A stretch of 64,000 nt of DNA from Dimorphilus gyrociliatus (taxonomy: Eukaryota; Animalia; Annelida). Below are positions 1 through 11,700 of the stretch, one piece after another (positions within the stretch are counted from its first letter, which is position 1; each line of letters begins with the position of its first letter). Made by a program: the position numbers and the translations under genes. The stretch spans positions 1,550,001 through 1,614,000 of the forward strand of contig CAJFCJ010000012.1 of NCBI GenBank assembly GCA_904063045.1, written 5' to 3'. The notes under the pieces were generated by a model. It worked only from the letters and a program-made list of their open reading frames with translations, was not told where the DNA came from and did not search any database.

Positions 1-2429
1 CCGCATTTTATTTAATCCTAATAAGATTAGTATGAATGGGAAAATTTTTCCATAGCCGGTTTTTATCGTTTCCTGAGTTGTTTAATACAATATTACAATC
101 TGCTATTGTTATTTACCTCCCTTTACTCCTCCTCTTTCTCCTCCTCCTGCCTTACCTCCCTCTACTTTCCTCAGTCTGTCTCCTGTTTCTCTCCCTCTCT
201 CTCTCTTCGCACTCAGCAGAATAATTTTCCTAAATATTCTCATTTACTAAAAGGATAAATACTTACAAATATACTTATCTGTTCCTCTTTTTTTCCATTA
301 TTAAAATCTTTCTTCCTTGTAGTATTATACATGTTTTTTTGTCACTTAAAGTTATAATTTATGTATAAAGAAGGAAAAAAAACACTATGGACATTTACTT
401 ACCCGCGTATATTGTTTTAAGAATGTGTACATCAATAATTTATATAGAAATATCGTATACGAACTGCTGCAGCCTGTACATATCCAAAATTCAATTTGTA
501 CTCAGTATATGCATACAATTCTAATGAATATGTATGCTTTTAACTATTTTATATTTTTATTTGTATATATAAAGTCTGTTTTATGTTTAAATTAGGAATA
601 GAAATGCATGTAAATACATTTAGAACCGTGTTGAAGATCTAATATTACACTTTGAGTCTTATATCTCTCTTGTTTTGTCACTCAGTCTCTCTGTCTCTCT
701 GTCTCTCTCTCTCTGCCTCTCCCCTTGCCTGCCTCTACCTCTTTTTTTCTCTTTGTTATATTTACCTCGTCGTAAATAAGATTCTTTGTGTAATAGAAAA
801 ATTTTCTACCTGAGATTATTGTCTGTTGCTATAGGAACGTGTATATTCACGGAAAGGTCAGATTGCTCATTATTAGAAGGTTTTTATCCACCCTTAAACA
901 TCTAGAAACTGTTAATTCTACGATCGATCTCATTAAGCTATCTAGGTGTCAAATTTGCGTAGCGTAGGATAAAAAACATGTAATATAAATAAGATTACGG
1001 TTTGGTTTATAATAATATAATTCATTATTTTTAACGGTCTCAAGTGACATTTGGTCGTCGCTCTTCAGCTACTTTAGTTTGTCAATTTACTTTTGACAAA
1101 CCCCGCCTTTCCCTTTCTTCCTGATCAATAAAAGTAGTAAATATGTACATATATGCAGGAGTCAATGTTTATGCGAGAGACCTGACTTTTACGACTTTTC
1201 CCAATTAATAAATTCCACAATTAGAAAGGGCTACCTAGTCGGAGGTCGGCTTTTACAACTGCAATTCGTTTTTTATTTGCTTTTCTCTCGCTAGCAGCTT
1301 TATAAATAATATAGATCATTTTACCACAGTTATTTTTTCGAGTAAACACCCTCCTGGCTTTAAAAGGCAGTCATATTAATTCAATACCTTTACACGCAAT
1401 TAACGTCAGCTTTTCGCCTTATACTTTAAACAAATAGAAAAGAATCTGCTTAATCCATCGCTTTCTCTTTTATGTCTATATTTGTACAGCGTGACGGGTA
1501 CAAGGCACCAGGTGGCGTTCAGTGGGATAATTAGGGGTTAATTTGCGGTTAATCTTTACACTGATCTCTTTACCTTAAGTCGACATGTTTGCGCTTAATT
1601 TTATTATGTTTGTATTCGTTTTCTACAGTTTATTCGCCCAAGTCTGACACGCGTTTTTGGTTTGGGGCTAGAAATAAGAGGGTATGGATAAATAAGTTGA
1701 AAATTGTGTGGGAATGAGAGGATGGGGGGTCGAAGTGGCGCTTGGGAATCGAACTCTTTATTCTAAACGGCTTTAAATAAATCGACAGTCAAATCCATAG
1801 ATAAATAACGGCTGGGAATCGATGTAATTATCAGTCGAGTATCTTATCCCGTACAAAGGAGTTCCGATCTTCCACAAAGACTCACGTAAACATGAAAGGA
1901 ACGGTTGGAAGCACGTAAAATCAACACGATGACCACCGGCAATATAGGAATTTTTTCTATTCGAAAACCGCTATGCCCACTTAATATTACCCTCTAATTC
2001 CTCTTTAATTCGCATTTAGAAATTCCTTATACTTCCTACTAACCGCCGTTCATTGCCAAGATTAAAAAGATCGTAAGAAGCCTAGCCCCAGCTTTATTTA
2101 ATTCCAGTGTTTATCAATAGAGGGCACCGCAGTTCCCACATTATTCAGTTTTCAATCTGACGCTCTAGACGAACAACGTTGGATTAGGACGTACGGATAA
2201 AAAATTCTCTTATTTCGTGCATTATTTTTCTAACAGTACGTTATTTTTATTTTTTTTATTTCTATTATTGTCGATCGAAAGATATTCTATTGTCTCTTTT
2301 TTTCTTTCCTTTTCCATTGCTTGTCCTCTTTCTGTTTGTTCACAACTATATCCGTAGCTTGAGGCATAAGATATCAAAAAGCCCCTGTTGTATCTGCCGA
2401 TGTAACGTAAATAGTCGGATTCAAAAATA

Positions 2430-2608
2430 TATTCAGTAAACTAAGATATAAAATAAAATTTTATTTCTATTCTACCTATTCAGATACAAATCGACTCAAG
2501 AATCGACTTATTGTGACATATACGGATAATAAACTTATTCGGCCTATATATGTATATATATATCTAGTAAACATACTATATATATATACATTTATTTATT
2601 TGTACAAG
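2430..2608 (+). other. Possible upstream non-coding (5'UTR) exon of teneurin
   Basis: Strong donor AAG|GTAAGC at 2608/2609 and an Inr-like TCAGT near 2433. The first coding exon is preceded by an acceptor at 8743, so an upstream exon must exist. Its location is inferred. Confidence 0.25.
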
Positions 2609-2643
2609 GTAAGCCTTTTCAATTTTTGCTTGTTAAGTGTGCT

Positions 2644-2666
2644 AGAGAGAGAGAGAGAGAGAGAGA
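2644..2666. repeat. (AG)n microsatellite
   Basis: Direct reading of an uninterrupted AG dinucleotide run. Confidence 0.95.
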
Positions 2667-5600
2667 CGCGATAGGAGGAGAGAGGGAGGGACGGATAATA
2701 GAAAAGAGTTACAGCTATCATTCTTTACTAACTAGTGACATTTAGATAAATGATCTATTGCGAAATGCAGTACGTAAGTTTATCGTGATGCAGTTTGTAA
2801 TCGAGTAAGGTCAGTTGGTATGTTTATGGCTGCTTGTAAAATGATTCCATACCGTGACATTTCGTGTTTGTCCGTGCCTGTTTGTCGGTGCTTATTGTAT
2901 ATATTTACATAGTGAATTTTTAGTCCTGTTAAAAGCTAGTAATTGGAAGAAAGGAAAGAACACAAAGTAGCAGTTCCATGTCTGCAGGCTGTCTACTCTG
3001 TCCCGTTGAGTTTTTACAATAGATATAAATACGTATACGTCTATGAGGGATTCTATAAACGTATCAGAGGGAAAGAGAGAGAAAAAAAGAGATTTTTTTC
3101 TTTATACACATCTGTGTACATAGTCTATGTAGACGCTTTACGCTTGGTCGGAGTTTAGACAAAAAGATGCACTGTGGAATATGACAGATGCGTGTGGAAA
3201 ACAACTCATAAATACGATTTCGATATAAGGGATTAGCAGTATGTTGACGCGTTTTACCACCTTCTTATTCCCTTTCTTCGTCTATATCTTTAATAGAACT
3301 TGGTATTTCTTTAAACAAGTTGAAAAATTTGATATAAATATCTTTTCTATTTTTCATTATCCTCTCTTACAATTTCACATGTCAAAACCAGTACATTAAT
3401 ATCGTCACGCACCGTTTTTCTGGCCTAAAATTACAAGGCGAACAAGCGTCGGATCCGAACGTCTAATGACGCCTTTCAACGGTCTTCCTGCTAGACGTGA
3501 CTACCTTATTAAGTTCGACACCAAGTCACGCTTTAGACCTACATCATATTTTATTAGATAGTTACCAATAGTGGTTTGTCGAATTGGTTCGAGCGATACC
3601 TAAGAAGTTCTAAAATTTAGTTTATTATACAGTATATAAGATCCAGGCAAAAACCGAAGCAATTACACGACAATCAGTCGATTGCGCCCGAAGCGACACC
3701 GCCATAAATTTATAATGGTTTTGTTTGCTCCGTATTTTCGTAAGGGTGTAATTAAAACTGACTGTACGCTAATTTATTTGCCCTGGAAACGGATGTTCCC
3801 GATGGATTTTGGCTCATACGCAATCCAATATATTTGATTTCTTTCTATTTTTTTATGAGCCCTACTTCTAAAAATGGAGAAGCAGATTTATAGAGGAAAA
3901 AAATTGTCGATATCAGTTTGTGGTTAAGATCGTTATTCAAGTGGTTCGGACAGTTATTCGATTTTAATTCTGTAATACTGGTATTTGTTATTATGCTAGC
4001 TAAGTCGGCCGTGAAATTCTATATTCTCTCTAAGATCCGGATTTGTACATAATTACCATAAGAAGATAGAAACATCTTAAGGAGAAAAATGAAAAGTGGA
4101 TGAAATAGTTAAGAGTTGACAAAAAATTTTTAATTGATCCTTTGGAACTTGTCGAAATGTTCCAACATTAATTAACAGCTGCGTTGGTAATTACGTTCTG
4201 TACGATGCCATACGCCAGGTTCGCATTTAACTCTGTGGGGCGTTACTTCTCAGACAAATGTCTATTGTTTGTGCTGATGAATTTGTTTGAATAGAGTTGC
4301 AGGGAAAAAAAGTAATAAAGAAAACGTATTTCCCCCCTCAAAGTAAGGTTGAAGGACGTAAAACGTCGTCTCTCGTTTCCAACAGATGTCTTAATTAGGC
4401 AATCGCGCCGAGAATATCGGCTATTAAGGGGGCGTTTCAATAAGGGTAGCGCTGAGAAATGAAGCGTTCAAGTCAGATTATTTGAGTAGAGGTCAAGGAA
4501 CGGGTCACCGAAGACGAAGAGGTCGTCAAGTGCCTCCAACAATAAAATGCATGCAGCGTGCCGGCTTTCAACAGCATTCCCTATAAAAGAATTATTTGAA
4601 AATATTACATAATCCGCGTAACGTCGTTTCAACGGGCGGCCACCCCTTTAGTTATAAAACTACTGTTCGATTTAGCTGATTAACATTCATTTGAATTTTA
4701 TCGACCGAAACGGAACGTTTTGAATAGACTGTATATAGAAAGGCTACCTTCTCTTCTCACTTCTAGACAAAGACTTTATTGTTATTATTCTATCAAACGT
4801 GTCAGAGTTTTGACGGACGTACTAGTGGGGTAGATTGGAGCAGAATTATTTATAACCCTCCCTTTTGGGGTAGTGAGGGGAGAAAAGCGTCTGGACGGGC
4901 CGACATCTTATGGACGTAAATCTCTATTTGCGCCCTCGTCGAAAGACAATAACAGTGCCTAGTAGCACGCCATCGTCTAATCATCTTTTCCTCCATCCGT
5001 GACCGGGCAAAGCCTATAGAATTTATCTGCGGTTTGAAGAATGGGAATATATTATACGGTTTCAATTCATTTACGATTGTAGGCGGATGAATGATGATAA
5101 AGAATAGAAAGAATCGTTTTGTTCGTATCGCCCTTAAAGTCGTGTGATTTACCAACGTCACATCACGTTCTTGGGCTTTTAAGGGTTTCCTATTTATTGC
5201 TCTTCTTACGCAATTTAGACAAGGCGTAAACGAAGAGGAACGATAAGATCATCTTCTTGCACCCACTTCTAAAACGTCCTAGCGATAAGGCGAAAAGAAA
5301 TAATGTACCATTCTCCTACTTAACAAAGGTGGGTGGGGCATCTCAGAATCATACCCCCTCGTAATGACGTAATCCGTTCTGCATATCCATTACCATCATT
5401 CTCTTTTCTTTCAATTCTATACCTCAAATAAGCAGTAATTGTTCCAGCTCTAACGCATATATCGTATACGCCTTAATTATTAACGAAGTCAATGAACGTA
5501 GGGCGTTACGTATATGTTTTTTGTGCTGTTTATGGGAGAATAAATGTGTGAACAAGCTTTTACTAGTTTTGACTAGTGGTGCGTCGAAGCGTTGAATCTG

Positions 5601-8600
5601 ACAAATCCGCAAGGATATCACTTTGACCGTTCGTTTTGCTGTCCACAAGCAATCTTGTAAGGAATCTTGGGAGTCTTAGTGAAACGGATCTATTGCCTTA
5701 ATTGCCTAGTTTTTTGTCCTCTCTTTTTGTAGACGCATGCGGAAATTGTAAGCGAAAGTCTGTTGGACGTTAATTGTCTAGAGGATGTCCAAAAGCCTTT
5801 TTCTTCCCTTCCTATTGACTCTCGCCAACTGCATTGCTCTCTCTCTTTTTCCTTCCGTCAATTTGTTCGAGGTTAATTTCCCTGCTTCCTCGTTTTCTTT
5901 AGTTGCCACGCTAATTTCTTCGTCATTCTCCCAACCTTTTAAATCAATTTGCTATAGCTTTTTCTAGCAGTTTCCTTCCCTTTCCTTCCTCTATTACTTG
6001 TTTTCATCTCGAGCTGAAATTTTAATTAGACAATGGAACAAAGATTTCATGAACTTTGAACTTATATATATATTTGTTGTCTGTCAATTTTGTTCAACAC
6101 CGTCAACCAACTGTTAAAATAAACTTGATTATTGGAGCAAATAACTTCAAAGCTCTTTTAAATCAACTTTATTCAAAAACTAAATCCAAAACGATAACAG
6201 CTAGAAAAGTCTCTATCTTTTTCAGACTCAATAGCTTTTTCACAACTTTTATATAAATATAATTATAATAGGCCTTTAAATTTTTATTCTATATTGGTTA
6301 ATAGCGTGTCTAAATAGGTTATAGAATCTTCAAACGGGCAATATGTCATTTGGTAAATAAAGAGATCGTATACTCTTTCTATGTCTAGCTGACCTTTAGA
6401 AATACTAATAGTTTAATAAAAAGGGAATGAAGCTTAGTAAGAGTGTTGCGTGATGTCTAAGGTATAGAACTTAAATTAGGCTTAATTAATGCTATTCGTA
6501 CTTTTGAAATTAAGTTATTTATTCGCCTTACACAACGCCAAGGGTGAAAACTTTCATTTCATTAGCTTTTTTTCACCAGAGTCTATTCTATTTACAGCTT
6601 CTAGCGCAGAGTTTTTTTATTCAAATCTCGAGTGTATATTAGTCAGAGCACTTGATTAATCTTCTCAAAAATAATTATTGTAATTTTCTGATGATGCGAC
6701 TCATCTTAATCTATACAATTAAGCTGTGCATTGAAAAAGAAAGAAATATATAATAAAATAGTGCTCTATACATAAGAGAAAGAGAAGAAAGTACTTTTTG
6801 TTTATTATTTCCTGCAACAATTGAGCGAGAGAGTGTCTTTAGCGGTTTGTTAATATATTCGTTTTGTACAAATATAAGAAAAGATTCTTAATATATTGAA
6901 TTATTAGTTTTACTCTCATAAGTAAACTTGACAAAAAACTGCTAAGTATTATAAAAAAAAGATGAATATACCGTTTTCTACTGTGTATGTTCTACTCTTT
7001 TTTTTGCTTCCATTTTCATCCGACTACTATAAAACTGTGTAAATTGTTGAGTGTACACAATCTAACCTAAAGCGGATATAGGGGCATTCGTCTATGAAGA
7101 AAAGAGCGGTTTATAGAAATCGATTATATTGGCAAATTATTACGGATTTTGCCGATCCAGTTTCTAGCCACTAAAACCCAGATGGAGCAATCAAGTCGGC
7201 AAATATTGCTGCGCCATTGATATTCGAAGTATTTACAGTAGGGTGTAGAATGTCTTTGTTCTATTGTCGATGCTGATTAGTTCTAGCTTGTTCTCCATTT
7301 TCCGGAACGAAAAGTGACATAAAAGGTAAAAAGTGTTTGTAGGACAGAGACGGTTTAGGGAAAGTGGGTGAGAATAAAGAATTACAAATCTTAGATAGAG
7401 TCACGCCATCCCACTCCTGACTCGGGACGGGGAGTAATTGGCGTGAGAAATTAGACAAGTTTTAACGGCGAATATCTATTGAAGTATCGACAAATAGTCG
7501 TGGCGGCTAATCGAAGTTATTGTGTCTACAAAAAGCCTCCTTAACGGGAAGCGTTAGAAATCGACGTCGGCAAAGTGTCAAAACCTGTCAATCAGACGTC
7601 AAACGTAGACGCGCTTCGTCGCTTACAAACAAAAAGAACGTTTTCCCCATTCGATTTTGTCACGGCTATAATGTATACGGGGGTGCATTAGAAATTCAAT
7701 GCTTTGTATATAACGAGACGTTTTTTTTTCTGTTTACCCCCGCCATCATACATTGACGTCACGCCCGTAGACGCTCGAGTAAGAGTGGAATGGACAGGTG
7801 CGCTCCTACCTTACTCCATAATAACTGAGGGTAACAACGGCTGCTTTTTAAAAAAAAATTACTTACAGAAAAGAGTTTGCTACCCCACAACTTGTATAAA
7901 AAGCGTAGATACATGGAATTATTATACGCAACGCCTCGTTCCCCAAAGATCAGCATCGCTATTATTGACAATGTCTATACGGCGTCGCAAAAAAACGTCG
8001 ATGCGTAATGAAACACTATACATGTATGGGAAAAACTGAAAGTGAATTCGAGAATCGTGCGAAATAATGCAGATGTACCTTTATTTTCTGGTTCGATTTC
8101 CTTTTCTTATTTCCCCCGAAATCATTTTTAACTTCATTTTCATATTATTCGAAACTGTGAAACGCCAGAGGAAAGCCACGACTTGAATAATAATTAGAAT
8201 CTATAGCCCTATAGCCCTCCCCTAACGACTAAGTGAGGGAAACCCCCCTCCTCCCTTCTCCACATCATCATTCTGGTTCATTAGCAAACACCCAATATAT
8301 TATGAAGATAATGATACAATGTTACTGTGTAAAGAATATGTATATCTTTTTTCTCTTTCTTTCTTTCTATCCTTTATTTTCTTTTCTCCCACCTATTCTC
8401 CTTTCTCTTTTTATGTTAGCATTAATCAGATTTCCTCGCTTCATGTTTTTCTTTCCGTATGTGTTTCCTAATTAAAAAGTCGGCGGGGCCTGTTAGCGAA
8501 TGATAGTGACGTCGCCAACAATCTTTAATCTAGGGCCCAGGAGCCTATTAGCATTGTGAATGTAATCCTAAGCCCACGGCTCTTGTCACCTCCATCACAG

Positions 8601-8781
8601 CCGGCTATGCATTTTGATTACTTTTGTCAACATATTGTCTCCGTGCGCGTTGCCTTACTGCATATTTTATAGCGTATATCATCGTTAACTTTTTGTTTTT
8701 GTTTTTATTGTATCTGATGGAAGATATTTTTTTATCCTCTCAGGTATGAAATGACCTGACAACTTTAGATACAAAATAAAG

Positions 8782-11700
8782 ATGGACAGGAATGGTAGTA
8801 GGCCCAAGCCCTACTCTAGGCCTAAAGTGGCAGCTCGAAATATTGAATATCATCCATCGGATGCTGAAGACGAGGAATCTCCACTTCACAGACCCACTCC
8901 ACCGATTCGTAGTGCTCAGAAAAGACTTATCGATATTGGCACCATCGGTAAGTAATGTTTTTTGTGGTATAAGGTCGATTGATCCCGTAGGCCTGGGCAA
9001 CGTCCGTTTCTTTCGGGCTGATTGATTCTATTGTTAAAGAGAAACTTGCCGGCTTTTTCCTTATATTTTATTTTACTTTAATTTTCTTTCCTTTTTGCCG
9101 ACCTCAATGCGATGTTTCACGGTTAATTAAGCCCAATTAAGACCTTATCGCCAGTTTGGGTGGAAGCTTAACGAAAAAACCAATTTGCACTTCGGAGAAT
9201 AAAACGGCCGTTAAAAAAAATCGATGTACCCCTTCAAATTGATTTAAGTGGAATTTGCGCTAGACGTAAAGTCGCTGTTCTAGTACGCTTAAGTTGAAAA
9301 TCTTGTTAAGTTTGTAAAGCGTTTCGGACTCCCGACGGCGTTTTAAAAGCGGCGTCTCTCAAAGAGATAATTCGGTTGAAGCGTTTTCATTATAAACTCA
9401 GTTACGAGTCCTACTCCACTCAATTTTCAAAAATACCCGATTGTTTTCTTTATGCAACTTTATCCGCGCCAAGAGTTTTAGCTGATTTTTTTATTGGAAA
9501 ACCCAAGTATAAAGCTATTACGCAATGACGTCGTCAAGGGAATATGCCGGGCTTTGGCTTGTCACGTTGACCGAATGATAAAAAAGCGTTGAAAATGCGC
9601 TAGACGTTAAATTCCCATACGACAGCAACTGTCGGCAGCAATCCGGTAGCAGAAAAAAGAGGTTTTATTAGAAATTCCCCTTCGTCCACAAAAGTCTTTC
9701 TTTCTATCATTCTGTCTTTCTTTTCATCGCTTACGTTCCAGATATCCTTCTAGAGTACTGGAAATCCTTCGGGAATGCTTTGGCCTATCTCTTATCCCCC
9801 AACAATAATTCGTCTCCTTGCGCTCGTCTTATACCAAAAGAGCAATGTACGGGCTATCTCTTTGAACGTCTAATCGTTTCGGCCTACGGCGCTGTGTAGA
9901 AGGGACTGGCGGATGATTTGCAGTCGTCGCCTGAAGCGGAGTACGCTTTGTTAAATGTTTGTACGACGTTTCCGGGGACCGACGTCCACTGTTTGACTCT
10001 TACGCCGATCGATTCGTAAATCATGCATAAGTTTTTTTTGCAACGTTTTTTCCTAGCTTTTGCATCCTCTAATTGTATAAAAAAAAGCACTAGCTACTAT
10101 AATTATTTACGGACGAAATTTTAGCCTATTAAGGAAACAAAGGTGTGTATGTACGAGTCGGAATCAAACGAAACTATCCGAACCGGCCAACGCTGCCACT
10201 GAGAAAATTGGCTTGGTTATACAGTTTACCGCGTTCGTTCTTTTGATATTTTAGAAACGCGTCTGTATCCGCTTTTTCCGTTGTGGAACATTGATCGGGG
10301 GAGTCTGCTTTAGACTTCTATCGATTACACCGTAATATCGTTTCTATAACAAACGTTCCGATTTTTTTCCCGACAATAGACCCCCGTAAAGGGGGAGAAA
10401 AAACAAGGGCGTTAAACCCAGCATACATATTCTTGGGAGAAAGTAGTTAAAGCAATCCGTCAAGCTCTCTTACCGGATGTCTAATGTCAGTAGGGGGGCG
10501 TCGAAATTTTGCGGTGGTTTCGTTAAATATGTAGCAACCGTAAATCACTTTCTAAGCTTTTAGAAAAGTAATATATTCTGTGCTAGGCAGTAAGAGTGAA
10601 AGAATAGACGGCGGGTGGTAACATTCAATATTTAAGAGCAAAAAGCTGATTGCGTCAGCAGGGTGCCAACTTGTAGTTTACGAGATGCATAGAATCTTCT
10701 CATCGACCGCTCCCCAATTTTTTTAATATCGGTAATTAGCCAGAGAGAATCGATAAAAAATTACCAGCGCCATCTATCGTCTGTCTATCTATCTCGCTAT
10801 CTATCTTAAGTAACCAACCCTCTCCCTCCCAATCCAACCCTTCAACGTCTTTGTTTTGCTTTCATAACTATAATATTACTATTAAGAGTGGAATGCGGGG
10901 GAGCGGAAGGGGCGCTTGATGAGACGGAGCAGATGGATTTTATCAGTAATCTATTTTCCTTCAGTCGAAATACTCACTGTTAGGGTATTGTCTTTCAACA
11001 GTTATTTACACGCCACTAATGAAATTCTTGATTACATAACAATACGTAACTGACGCCTTGTTTAAGTTTGGGACACGATATCTTATCACCAATCCCTAAT
11101 CCCCCCTCCATTGCTTTTACGTAATCCGGAAAGAAAACTTTTGGCAATGTGGGAAAGAGGTAGCAAAAAACAGGATACATAACGAATTAGAGTAAAGAGA
11201 AAATTCCGTTCCGCAAAACTGCAGCTGTTTGGAAAAGGAGAGCCTTTGATCAAAATATTGTCGATAGTCGCTCGCCGAAATAGAGAGAATCGTGAAAATA
11301 TTTATCTCATCTGGGCCTATAGAGCTCTTGGAAGGTGTAAACAGTTTTTTTTTATATATTCCTTAGCACTTTGTAGAATCCTAATCTATCTTTTTATCCT
11401 TTTAAAACGTTTTATTCCAACTGCAAAAGGCGTAAATTCACCCCCTCCCACCTCCTTAACGTCCCCTTACTACTCTTTGCACTTTTCTGAGGCCTTTGTT
11501 ATTTGCAAATAGTTCCCCTCCCCCCTTTTCGCGTTTAAAATCATTCGAAAGGCGTTTTACTATTTGAGAGAAAAAGGCCCAAAATCGTCTTTTTTTTAAT
11601 GGAAGCAAGTAGGATGAGATGAAAGAAATAAAAAAAAAACTAAGAAGTTAAAGGTGGGTAATGGAAAAGCCGTTATGCATTAGCTCGCCTGCATGTATTG

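Noticed and set aside
36-8475. Many short ORFs (60-111 aa) upstream of teneurin
   Set aside because: No recognisable domains, low-complexity or alternative starts, and no consistent splice-compatible chain; best explained as regulatory or intronic DNA.
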